64,000 nucleotides of DNA. It comes from an uncultured Candidatus Saccharibacteria bacterium. GTDB lineage: Bacteria > Patescibacteriota > Minisyncoccia > Phycocordibacterales > UBA1006. The notes below the pieces were generated by a model. That model made no database searches. It saw only the letters and a program-made list of their open reading frames with translations, and was not told the DNA's origin. The position numbers and the translations under genes are program-made. Positions 1 through 8,376 of this stretch are shown one piece after another (within the stretch, counting starts at the first letter, position 1; every line of letters starts with the position of its first letter). The DNA lies in contig CAZVLM010000001.1 of NCBI GenBank assembly GCA_964628065.1, positions 9,357 through 73,356 of the forward strand, in the 5' to 3' direction.

Positions 1-75
1 CATCTCGATAACAGACTGACGAATTTCATTTGCCTTTAACTCAAGGTCTTTTATTTGAGAATCAGAAAGTGACAT
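1..75 (-). CDS. Partial CDS running off the window start. The N-terminus MSLSDSQIKDLELKANEIRQSVIEM resembles a transketolase N-terminus.
   Basis: ATG at 75..73 on the minus strand. A 25-aa N-terminal fragment resembles the transketolase start (..LxxKANxIRxxxIxM). Adjacent rpe and rpiB supply pentose-phosphate context. Confidence 0.3.
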   Translation of the reverse strand, partial: MSLSDSQIKDLELKANEIRQSVIEM

Positions 76-109
76 ATGGAAATTATATCATAAACTCTCA
101 ATAAGATTA

Positions 110-195
110 CCCCGCCTTGCTGCGTCCTTCCGTAGCCTCTGGCGAAGGAGGAAATAAGGCGGGGTCGACTGGCCGTAGGCCAGCGGGGGCGGTGG
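110..195. repeat. GC-rich palindromic mini-element (copy A). CCCCGCCTT...AAGGCGGGG hairpin plus a GCGGGGGCGGTGG module.
   Basis: A ~85-nt GC-rich island in AT-rich DNA. It is an inverted copy of the element at 631..684 and shares a module with the elements at 51.2 kb. Confidence 0.6.
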
Positions 196-334
196 TTACT
201 AAAGGATCAGATAGTGAAGCATAAAAGATGCGGCGACCAAAAAATAACTTATATTCATTCAAGATTCTCCTTAATGATTTCAATTACTTTCTCTATATTA
301 TTCCTAATTGATTCATTTTTAAATCGTAATACTT

Positions 335-517
335 TTATGCCAAATCGAGAATGTATCCACTTACACTGTGCTGACGTCGAAACTTAAACCCTGTTGACGA
401 CCCTCTTAGCTCCTGCCAAAGCAGTCCCTCTTCCGGTGTTGGATTATTACGAAGATACCTTCTTCTTTGAAGAAGTCTTTTACTATTATGAACTCGTTCT
501 GGTGGTTTTTTATCCAT
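335..517 (-). pseudogene. Truncated DUF559 (Vsr-like endonuclease-domain) protein remnant
   Basis: The 60-aa ORF ..RRRYLRNNPTPEEGLLWQELRGSSTGFKFRRQHSVSGYILDLA matches the N-terminal half of DUF559 proteins and stops after ~60 aa, where full length is ~110-130 aa. It is flanked by inverted GC-rich elements. Confidence 0.45.
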
Positions 518-630
518 GTCTCCATATTAAAAAACCTTAGATAAAGAAACATCTAAGGAAAGTTAAAGTAAGTATCAAGTTTTTTGAAATACCACAATTT
601 ACTAATTTTACAAAGCTTAGCTTCACAACA

Positions 631-684
631 GCCACCGCCCCCGCCGGCTTCGCCGAGCGACCCCGCCTTATTCAAGGCGGGGTG
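631..684. repeat. GC-rich palindromic mini-element (copy B, inverted relative to A)
   Basis: CCACCGCCCCCGCCGGCTTCGCCGAGCGACCCCGCCTTATTCAAGGCGGGG. It contains a perfect CCCCGCCTT/AAGGCGGGG hairpin. The 20-mer GCTCGGCGAAGCCGGCGGGG (reverse complement) is shared with 51255..51275. Confidence 0.6.
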
Positions 685-686
685 TC

Positions 687-1367
687 TTACTCTACCAACA
701 CTGCCAATTTTTCAATATTCTCTGCGACACTTCCATCTTCAAAAATTGCTGATCCGCATACAAATCGTGTTGCTCCTGCTTTCGCCAATTTGTTAATAGT
801 ATCTTCATTGACTGAGCCATCAATTGAAATTACTTTGTCCGGATACTTCCTATGGAAGTAGGAAATCTTTTCAAGGACATGATCGTCAAATGCCTGACCC
901 TGGGATCCTATAGTTGAAATACCCATGAGCTGTATGAAATCACAGTCATCAATGTATTTTTCGAGAGTTTCATTCGGCGTATCGTTTGAAATACTTAGTC
1001 CGATTTCAATAATACCTCGTGCAAGTTCCATGGCTAAAAAAAGTTTCTGCGGATCTTCTACTGATTCCACGTGCACAACAATACGTGCGGGTTGCATACC
1101 AATCCACTTCTCAATAGAATCCTCAGGTTTATCGATCATAAGATCAAGTTCGTAGTCTAATTCATCAAGCATCGGCAGGTTTGAAAATGAAGTTTTACTT
1201 TTAACAAAAACTCCGTCGCATACATCTACTTGTACATGCGTAACAAGCCCAGCTACTTGCTTGGCTTTATTCGATAATTCAGCTTGGTTTTTTGGCAAAA
1301 TTGCCGGAATAATTTGATTCATATTTTTGAAGGCTTGTAATACATTTTTAAGAAAACAACAAGCCAC
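687..1367 (-). CDS. rpe: Ribulose-phosphate 3-epimerase (likely true start 1322)
   Basis: IIPAILPKN...VQVDVCDGVFV matches the Rpe family (xPSILSAD..HxDVMDGxFV). The ATG at 1322 overlaps the upstream gene's stop by 4 nt (ATGA). Confidence 0.75.
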   Translation of the reverse strand: MACCFLKNVLQAFKNMNQIIPAILPKNQAELSNKAKQVAGLVTHVQVDVCDGVFVKSKTSFSNLPMLDELDYELDLMIDKPEDSIEKWIGMQPARIVVHVESVEDPQKLFLAMELARGIIEIGLSISNDTPNETLEKYIDDCDFIQLMGISTIGSQGQAFDDHVLEKISYFHRKYPDKVISIDGSVNEDTINKLAKAGATRFVCGSAIFEDGSVAENIEKLAVLVE

Positions 1368-1594
1368 GAACCGAGTACGCCCGGGGCGTAACTAGTGATA
1401 ACTGGAACATTCATTTTCGATACTCCGTATATCAGCCATATCGTCGTTCCGATGGCGAATATCCCATAGGTTACCAGTGAGACGTTGTCTCCTGACTTAT
1501 TCTTATACATTGTATACGCCTGTGGGAAATGCCCCAGCGACATGATAACTCCGAATATTATTGTGAGTATTTCAATAAAGTTCATATTAATCAT
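1319..1594 (-). CDS. SemiSWEET / PQ-loop family small membrane transporter
   Basis: 91 aa, three TM helices, PQ motif (LGHFPQAYTMYKNKS). Confidence 0.5.
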   Translation of the reverse strand: MINMNFIEILTIIFGVIMSLGHFPQAYTMYKNKSGDNVSLVTYGIFAIGTTIWLIYGVSKMNVPVITSYAPGVLGSWLVVFLKMYYKPSKI

Positions 1595-2093
1595 TCAATA
1601 CTATCTTTAATGTCCATTCATGTTTTGGTGCCCGATATTCATTTAATTCTTCATTAAAGGAGAGACTACTATTTTCAATTATGGTTAAGCCATTTTCTTT
1701 TGCAAATTTTTGGAAGCTTTTAAACGCGGCCCTACTCGCAACACAATCAAGGACTAGATTTTTATTAAGGCGCTTTGCTTTTTCAAGAGCTTTCTCATAA
1801 AGAGAATACACTGCTCCACTTCCTTGGAATTCATCTTTAATTTTTATCATCTTTATTTTTACGTCATCCGTAAGTATTGGATCTTCTTCCCAGAGGGACA
1901 TTACACCGATATTTTGGCTCTGTTCATCATTTAGAAGATACTCCGTACCATGAACTCCCCAAATTAACGCGCCTTCATTCTCTATAATCTCTGATTTCGT
2001 AACATTAAAAGGTTTCTTTTCTACATCAGAAATCTTTTCTTTAATCCCTTTATAAACAATATTAATTTTTGGAGTCTCGCTATTTTCATTCAT
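1587..2093 (-). CDS. GNAT-family N-acetyltransferase-like protein
   Basis: 168 aa with a FQGSGAVYSLYEKALEKAK motif resembling the acetyl-CoA-binding Q/RxxGxG/A motif. Confidence 0.35.
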   Translation of the reverse strand: MNENSETPKINIVYKGIKEKISDVEKKPFNVTKSEIIENEGALIWGVHGTEYLLNDEQSQNIGVMSLWEEDPILTDDVKIKMIKIKDEFQGSGAVYSLYEKALEKAKRLNKNLVLDCVASRAAFKSFQKFAKENGLTIIENSSLSFNEELNEYRAPKHEWTLKIVLND

Positions 2094-2096
2094 ATA

Positions 2097-2537
2097 TTAA
2101 TCCTCCATCTTCTCTATTCTTCTTACGTAATGCTCCTTGCCTGAAAACGCTGTTCCTAGGAAAAGAGTTACTGCTTCCTCTGCTTCTGCGTCGGAAATAA
2201 ATCGCGCACCAAGCGAAAGAATATTAGCGTCATTGTGCTCACGCCCTAGCAATACAATCTCAGAGTTTCCTCCGTAATATTCAATCGCGCGCACATGCGG
2301 AAAGCGGTTTGCATCCATGGCTTCACCTTGACCGGATCCTCCTAAAATAATTCCTCGTTCTTCAGGATTCTCTGAAATGATTCGTGCTACCGGCTCGATG
2401 AAGTCTGGATAATCATCCATCGGATTTAGGTCGTACGCGCCATGATCAACAACCTCGTATCCGGCTTCGGCAAGGAATCCTTTCAAGCGTTCTTTTAAAT
2501 TATAACCTGCGTGATCTGCTCCAATATGTATTTTCAT
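2097..2537 (-). CDS. rpiB: Ribose-5-phosphate isomerase B
   Basis: MKIHIGADHAGYNLKERL...GILIGGSGQGEAM..RFPHVRA matches the RpiB/LacAB family. Confidence 0.85.
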   Translation of the reverse strand: MKIHIGADHAGYNLKERLKGFLAEAGYEVVDHGAYDLNPMDDYPDFIEPVARIISENPEERGIILGGSGQGEAMDANRFPHVRAIEYYGGNSEIVLLGREHNDANILSLGARFISDAEAEEAVTLFLGTAFSGKEHYVRRIEKMED

Positions 2538-2538
2538 A

Positions 2539-2733
2539 TTATTTAGTGTCGCTTAGTCTGGTAAAAACACTCATGAATATCGCAAGGCCGATAACACCAT
2601 CAGCAACTCTCACCCATTCAGCATTAACTAGCTGGGCTGTCACTAATCCTTCACCTGTTATCGAAGCATAGATAAACGCCAATCCTCCCGCAATCGCAAG
2701 CAATTTTATAATAAAAAAGATGAGTTTTTTCAT
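2539..2733 (-). CDS. Small membrane protein (hypothetical)
   Basis: 64 aa, two predicted TM segments, tight spacing with neighbours. Confidence 0.3.
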   Translation of the reverse strand: MKKLIFFIIKLLAIAGGLAFIYASITGEGLVTAQLVNAEWVRVADGVIGLAIFMSVFTRLSDTK

Positions 2734-2777
2734 ATGATTATTATATCAAATTTGTAGCTAAAAAAGAAAACGGCCGA

Positions 2778-3008
2778 TTAAGGTCGTTTTCTTGTTATGA
2801 GCCATATAAATGCATACCATATTAACAATAATACAATAAATGCCACGAGCTTGTGGTCTTGTACCCACGACGTATACATATGCATCGTTAATGAAAAACC
2901 TTTGAAAAAACCTATTATGTTTGCATGCAAGTTAATCAGTATCAAAGATACTGCTGCGAGAAATAGTGAAGCCGTTAATTTAATTCCGTATTTTTTATAA
3001 AAATCCAT
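2778..3008 (-). CDS. Small membrane protein (hypothetical)
   Basis: 76 aa hydrophobic ORF. Confidence 0.3.
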   Translation of the reverse strand: MDFYKKYGIKLTASLFLAAVSLILINLHANIIGFFKGFSLTMHMYTSWVQDHKLVAFIVLLLIWYAFIWLITRKRP

Positions 3009-3010
3009 AT

Positions 3011-3547
3011 TTATATAGTTAAATATCTCAAAAGAACGAGCGCGCTCCGTTCTTCACTCATTTCCTTTAGGCACATCTCTCGGGCTCTTTCTACAGACAC
3101 TACTTCGGTGACAATATCCTCTCCTTCTTCTAGTTCTTGAGTTTCTTTCTCGAATTCGTTCACGACAAAATAGAACAAGTCCCATGTTACCGTGGCGCCA
3201 CATACTGATTTATGGAAGAAAGACAGGTCTTTTACAATAATTCCCATTTCTTCTTTTGCTTCTTTGATTGCAGCAGCTTTGGCAGCCTCAATAATATCCG
3301 CTCCTGACTTAAGAAATTCATTATACTCGCCGAGCGTATCGAATACCTTTCCTCCGGGAAGATGGTAATCAAATCCATTTAATTCATGGCGAAATTCTTT
3401 CGAAAGGATGATGCCGCCTTCCGTTGGGACAATAAGTCGCACGCCTGGCGACCTGCGAGCCAACTCAAACGTCTTTTCTTTGCCGTTAACTTCAACTTTC
3501 TTTTCAACGACTTCTATTATTTTCCCTTGGTAAGTGATAGTTTCCAT
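3011..3547 (-). CDS. NUDIX hydrolase
   Basis: Nudix box GGKVFDTLGEYNEFLKSGADIIEAAKAAAIKEAKEEMG (GX5EX7REUXEEXGU-like). Confidence 0.7.
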   Translation of the reverse strand: METITYQGKIIEVVEKKVEVNGKEKTFELARRSPGVRLIVPTEGGIILSKEFRHELNGFDYHLPGGKVFDTLGEYNEFLKSGADIIEAAKAAAIKEAKEEMGIIVKDLSFFHKSVCGATVTWDLFYFVVNEFEKETQELEEGEDIVTEVVSVERAREMCLKEMSEERSALVLLRYLTI

Positions 3548-3584
3548 AATATATTTATTATAATAAAACCTGTTTCAGAGCAGA

Positions 3585-3911
3585 TTACCGAGACACCTTT
3601 TGATTAAGATTATTTCTAATAGAGGCTTCCTTTTTAAGACCAATCCATTCCCAAAGAGTTACATAGCCTACTTTTTGAACTCCTCGTTGTTTTTCAACAC
3701 ATTGATTTATGTTATCTGAATCAGAATTCATGCAATTTTCAGCAAGAATCCAATCTCCATCATTAGTTATAGGATGCTTATAAGGAATAACTGCTACATT
3801 ACTTATAAAAACAATAATTCCAATTATTAGGACAAAAATACCTATCACCCAGTATGTTAGTTTATTCATTACAAGGTAAGTATACCAAAAAACCCGCCTA
3901 ATCGCAGGCAT
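3585..3911 (-). CDS. Hypothetical membrane-anchored protein
   Basis: 108 aa with an N-terminal TM helix. Confidence 0.35.
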   Translation of the reverse strand: MPAIRRVFWYTYLVMNKLTYWVIGIFVLIIGIIVFISNVAVIPYKHPITNDGDWILAENCMNSDSDNINQCVEKQRGVQKVGYVTLWEWIGLKKEASIRNNLNQKVSR

Positions 3912-3930
3912 GTTGAATTCTCGGTGAATT

Positions 3931-4473
3931 TTACTTTAGCGTCTCAAACTGTATATTTGGAATCGTGAATAATGAAGCGTCCGCCATCCAGGTTTTGCAA
4001 TCATAATCTTTAACCATGTCGGGAGTCCAACCGGACTGTCCTGACGAAGGAGCAGTTTCTAAAGCTGGTGTCTTATATCCTGGCGTAGTTCCAGCTATCC
4101 ATGTATAAACAAAACCGTCACGCTTAATAAATGAAATTTTCATTGACTCACCTCCAGAGTTGGTCGTGAAATCCCCTCGAACTAATCCGCTCGAAAGATA
4201 AATCGTTCCATTGGTAGTAGTGGTATAACTTGGATCAATATATTGACTTACGGCACATTGATAAGAACCTCCTTGTTTTACAAAATTCCCAAATGACATC
4301 TTTTTACCAGTGGTCGCAGGTGCCAATGTTTCAACTTCTCTACTAGTAATTGGCGTACTTTCAGAAATTTCTACCACCTCTTTTTGAGTAGAAGACTGCT
4401 TAGAATAAGTTACCGCAAGGGCGATACCGACAATAATGATGATTCCTATGATTACGAAGATTATTTTTTTCAT
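3931..4473 (-). CDS. Hypothetical secreted/membrane-anchored protein
   Basis: 180 aa with an N-terminal signal anchor and a Thr/Ser-rich region. Confidence 0.4.
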   Translation of the reverse strand: MKKIIFVIIGIIIIVGIALAVTYSKQSSTQKEVVEISESTPITSREVETLAPATTGKKMSFGNFVKQGGSYQCAVSQYIDPSYTTTTNGTIYLSSGLVRGDFTTNSGGESMKISFIKRDGFVYTWIAGTTPGYKTPALETAPSSGQSGWTPDMVKDYDCKTWMADASLFTIPNIQFETLK

Positions 4474-4517
4474 AAGTTTATTATATCAAAAAACCCGCCG
4501 ATTGGCAGGTTCTAAGG

Positions 4518-5834
4518 CTATACGAACGTCAACGCAATTCCCTTCTGGTTGGCACGTCCTGTTCGGCCGATTCGGTGAACATAAGTGTCATATGACTGTG
4601 GAATTTCGTAGTTGATTACGTGCGTTACTCCAGAAATATCAAGCCCTCGAGCCGCAACGTCAGTCGCGATAAGAATCTGATTTTTTCCTGTTGAGAATGA
4701 TGCAAGCGCTCGCTGTCGTTCCCGATGACGCTTATCTCCGTGAATCGCTTCAGCCTTGAATCCATGTGACTGTAGATCTTTTTCAAGTCGGTCTACTGAT
4801 CGTTTTGTTTCAGCAAACACAAGTACTTTTGAAAATTCTGGAGAAGTAAGGAGTCCGCATAGGATTTCCAATTTCTTGGTTTTATCCTGTACTCGAACCA
4901 CGTCCTGGTCCACATTTTTCGAAGTGTCTCGAGACTTCACTGAAATCTTTACTGGACTGTTCAAGAATTCATGAACAAGCTTTTCGATAACAGGCGCCAT
5001 AGTTGCCGAGAACAACAACATCTGTCGCTTGTCAGGAATCTGTCGAAGGAAGTATCGAACATCGTCGATGAATCCCATGTCGAGCATTCGGTCAGCCTCA
5101 TCAAGAATTACTGTTGAAACATCAGAGAGGTCAAGTTTTCCCTGTTCAAAAAGATCTTTCAATCGTCCTGGAGTTCCGATAATAATGTTGTGCTTCTGAG
5201 CAAGAGCCATGATCTGAGGTCGGATTGGTGCTCCACCTACGCAGGTAACGTTGAACATTGCCAACCCCTTTGTAAGTTCGATGCACTCTCGCTGAATCTG
5301 GATCGCAAGTTCTCGTGTTGGTGTAATAATAATTGCCTTGTGCTTCTTGTCATTAAGAATTTTGTTGATTGTTGGGATCAAAAACGCAGCTGTTTTACCA
5401 GTTCCTGTATTTGCAAGACCGATAATATCTCGTCCATCCAATGCGTTTGGAATAGCCTGGTCCTGAATAGGGCTTGGAAGGATGAATCCTTTTCGTGCAA
5501 TATTCTGCTTGAGTCGGTCATCAACTTTAAAATCACTGAACGTGTGAACTGGCGTAAACACTTCCTCTACGGTTGTTGTTGCTCGGTTAATGAATTTTGA
5601 GATGTCGATATTCTCGCCAGCAAACTTTCGTCCGCCTCCTCGAGATCCACCTCCTCGATTTCCGAAGCGAGATCCTCCACCACCTCCAAATCGCGAAGGC
5701 CGTGATCCGCCAAATGATGGACGCCCTGAAGAAGACCGTGATGGTCCTGCGCTGTTAAAAGACCGCTTTCCTCCTCGTGAAGGCTTTCGGCTTGAGTAAG
5801 GGTCACCAATAGGTGCCTGTTTCATTGTATACAT
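4518..5834 (-). CDS. DEAD-box ATP-dependent RNA helicase with N-terminal RGG/Gly-Arg-rich tail
   Basis: Motifs Q, GTGKTAAF, PTRELA, DEAD (ILDEADRMLDMGF), SAT, ARGLD and HRIGRTGR. The N-terminus carries GGSRPSRFGGGGGSRFGNRGGGSRGGG. Confidence 0.9.
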   Translation of the reverse strand: MYTMKQAPIGDPYSSRKPSRGGKRSFNSAGPSRSSSGRPSFGGSRPSRFGGGGGSRFGNRGGGSRGGGRKFAGENIDISKFINRATTTVEEVFTPVHTFSDFKVDDRLKQNIARKGFILPSPIQDQAIPNALDGRDIIGLANTGTGKTAAFLIPTINKILNDKKHKAIIITPTRELAIQIQRECIELTKGLAMFNVTCVGGAPIRPQIMALAQKHNIIIGTPGRLKDLFEQGKLDLSDVSTVILDEADRMLDMGFIDDVRYFLRQIPDKRQMLLFSATMAPVIEKLVHEFLNSPVKISVKSRDTSKNVDQDVVRVQDKTKKLEILCGLLTSPEFSKVLVFAETKRSVDRLEKDLQSHGFKAEAIHGDKRHRERQRALASFSTGKNQILIATDVAARGLDISGVTHVINYEIPQSYDTYVHRIGRTGRANQKGIALTFV

Positions 5835-6296
5835 ACTAAAAATAAGTGGGCCGTAAATGACCCGAAACCACGGTAATAATAAAAGTGTGGTTCATATTCG
5901 TCATTCCGCCCTTGCTTGCCCTACCGAAGCATTAGCATAGGAGGGTCTAAAAAGAACTCTTTAAGGAGTTCATACTTAAAAATAAGAGAAAAATAACGCA
6001 CATGCAATATAGCATATGCGTTATCTTTTGTCTAGTTTTTCAAACTTTTATAAGCTAAGCAGCCTTCTTTAAGTCTTCTCGATCTTCGTAACTATCTTCT
6101 AGCTCTTTCCCAAAGTCTTCGGGCTTTACATCATTAAGTCCTTTTGGAAATGGGAACTTTTCTTCAATATTGCTGTAGTCTGTTAAATCTACGAAATTTG
6201 GTTGTTCCATGCTTAAAGCTTACCAGAGAAATTTTTATAAGACAACAAAAAGACCACCATTTTAAGGTGGCCTTATAATTGGATAAGTACTGCTCT

Positions 6297-6749
6297 TTAA
6301 AGAACAATAGTTAGCCAAAACTTGTCTGAGTTGTAAAAATAACGACTGAACATATTATTTGGTTCGTCGTCACAATAGTTCGCAATACCGCTTTTGGAAA
6401 GTAACTTCGAAACCTTCAGAAGAACTTTTTCGATATTGACGTAGAATTTACCATCGGTATTTTCACCCATTTCTTTGAAATTTGGAACTTCATTGGATGA
6501 AAGTGTGTGCCAGGCACCAACACCATTAGGTATTTCTAATACCTCTCTCCAGGTACTCTTGCCGTCGTACTTATTTTCAAGTGCTACCAGACTAAAGTCC
6601 AGCTCGCCGGGATGTACGTGGTCAATTACAAATGTTTTAACGCCCATCTTCCTCTTATATTCTATAATTTGAAGATAGTAGGCATAAATGCGATTTGCAA
6701 CTAAATCAATTCTTTCTTGCTCTGTTAGCTTAGTTTCTGTGTTTTGCAT
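6297..6749 (-). CDS. Hypothetical protein
   Basis: 150-aa ORF with a nested palindrome in its 5' region (6766..6808). Confidence 0.4.
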   Translation of the reverse strand: MQNTETKLTEQERIDLVANRIYAYYLQIIEYKRKMGVKTFVIDHVHPGELDFSLVALENKYDGKSTWREVLEIPNGVGAWHTLSSNEVPNFKEMGENTDGKFYVNIEKVLLKVSKLLSKSGIANYCDDEPNNMFSRYFYNSDKFWLTIVL

Positions 6750-6911
6750 GAGTATTCAATTTATGTGATTTAAATGGTGATAACAAATCCTTTCAAGGAT
6801 CTCTGATCACCATTCAAACATTTTGAAGAACTTATATAATATATATTATCACATTATAGTAATAAAGTCAATAGTAGCAAAAAAGCCCTTACTATAAGGC
6901 TTTTAGTGCTT

Positions 6912-7967
6912 TTATTTAATACTCTTCCCTGTCTTGATAACATGCTCAACCAAACTACTCGTATACCCCCACTCATTGTCATACCACGCCATAACTTTTA
7001 CTAAGTTTCCGCCGACAACGCGCGTCATTTCAAGGTCTGCGATTGAAGCGTGCGTGTTTCCGAGAATGTCTGATGATACAAGTGGTTCGTCTGTCACATC
7101 AAATACTGGCATCCATCGCGGATCTTTCGCTGCTTTCTTGAGAAGTTCGTTTACTTCTTCGGCTGTTGTATTTCTCTTTGCAATAAATGTTACATCCACT
7201 ATTGATCCTGCAACCACAGGAACTCGGATTGAGATTCCATCGAACAATCCTTCAAGGCTTGGATACGCTTTCGCAACGGCAATTGCTGCACCTGTTGAAG
7301 ATGGCACAATGTTCATAGCCGCTGCTCGTCCTTCACGAAGGTCTTTCTTGCTTGGTCCGTCTACTAATGCCTGTGACGCGGTATATCCATGCACCGTATT
7401 CAAAATAGCTTTTTCGATTCCGATCGCCTCGTCAAGAATACCAATAAGGGGTGACGCAGCGTTTGTAGTACATGAAGCATTTGATGTAATATCACATGTT
7501 CCAAACTGATTTTCGTTTACACCCATGAGAATGGTTGCACCTGGTACCGCTTCCGCGCCTACTAGCTCACCATCTTTTGCTGGTGCTGTAATCACCACTT
7601 TCTTTGCACCTTGATCTATATGAAACTTTGCTTTTTCATACGAAGTAAACAAACCGGTTGATTCAACAACAACATCAATATCAAGTTCCTTCCAAGGAAG
7701 TTTGGTGCTATCTTTTTCAGAAACGAATACAATCGTCTTTCCATCTACCGTCATATTTTTTCCATCATGCGAAATATCATGATTCCATGTTCGGTACACA
7801 GTGTCATGCTTAAGAAGGTAGGACAAGCTTTCTAGTGTTCCAAGGTCGTTAAACGCAACGACTTCAATATCGTTTCGCTCCCATGCAATTTTTAAAAATG
7901 CTCGCCCGATACGACCGAATCCGTTAATAGCAACTCGAATCTTTTTGTCTTTTTTGCTGAAAATCAT
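6912..7967 (-). CDS. gap: Glyceraldehyde-3-phosphate dehydrogenase (type I)
   Basis: VAINGFGRIGR NAD-binding motif and the catalytic ASCTTN motif. Confidence 0.9.
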   Translation of the reverse strand: MIFSKKDKKIRVAINGFGRIGRAFLKIAWERNDIEVVAFNDLGTLESLSYLLKHDTVYRTWNHDISHDGKNMTVDGKTIVFVSEKDSTKLPWKELDIDVVVESTGLFTSYEKAKFHIDQGAKKVVITAPAKDGELVGAEAVPGATILMGVNENQFGTCDITSNASCTTNAASPLIGILDEAIGIEKAILNTVHGYTASQALVDGPSKKDLREGRAAAMNIVPSSTGAAIAVAKAYPSLEGLFDGISIRVPVVAGSIVDVTFIAKRNTTAEEVNELLKKAAKDPRWMPVFDVTDEPLVSSDILGNTHASIADLEMTRVVGGNLVKVMAWYDNEWGYTSSLVEHVIKTGKSIK

Positions 7968-8133
7968 ATGGATCTATTGTAGCAGTTTACTCAATAAAAA
8001 ACAGCTGGCCCAGGACGGTTACCAGCTGTCGCACACTTTAAGAGAGTGAAGATTCTTTCTGATGCACATTACAGGAACATCATTTACTACGAATGTATCA
8101 CATCTACTAAAAAACGGCAATTACGCCGCTTTT

Positions 8134-8361
8134 TTAATTATAATCTTGCTTTGAATCCATCATGCCATGAACCTTCGCAAGTGCCTCATCTGGGGTAATA
8201 GTCCCAGCATTTAGCTCCATCATAATCTTCTGAAACTCCCCGCCTTCATAGTCGTTTCTCCCCATCACCATAGAATCGTTCCACAGTGCCATAATTTCTG
8301 CCTTAGGGTCTTTTCCATGGCTTCCGAATTGTTCGTAATTATTCATACTGAAAGTATACAC
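8134..8361 (-). CDS. Hypothetical small protein
   Basis: 75-aa ORF directly downstream of the helicase-nuclease gene, which may be its operon partner. Confidence 0.3.
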   Translation of the reverse strand: MYTFSMNNYEQFGSHGKDPKAEIMALWNDSMVMGRNDYEGGEFQKIMMELNAGTITPDEALAKVHGMMDSKQDYN

Positions 8362-8376
8362 CTACTTAATAATTTG

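Noticed and set aside
584-796. Plus-strand 70-aa ORF with a poly-proline run (QQPPPPPASPSDPALFKAG...)
   Set aside because: It is simply the translation of GC-rich palindromic element B and then runs antisense into the rpe gene. No independent support.
5610-5700. GC-rich repetitive stretch inside the DEAD-box helicase gene resembling the palindromic repeat family
   Set aside because: It encodes the RGG/Gly-Arg tail (GGSRFGNRGGGSRGGG) and lacks the characteristic CCCTCTC/GAGAGGG or CCCCGCCTT hairpins.
6058-6210. 50-aa acidic minus-strand ORF (MEQPNFVDLTDYSNIEEKFPFPKGLNDVKPEDFGKELEDSYEDREDLKKAA) not in the ORF track
   Set aside because: It is plausible as a small protein but falls below the length cut-off, has no recognisable domain and no supporting RBS evidence. 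Not reported as a feature.
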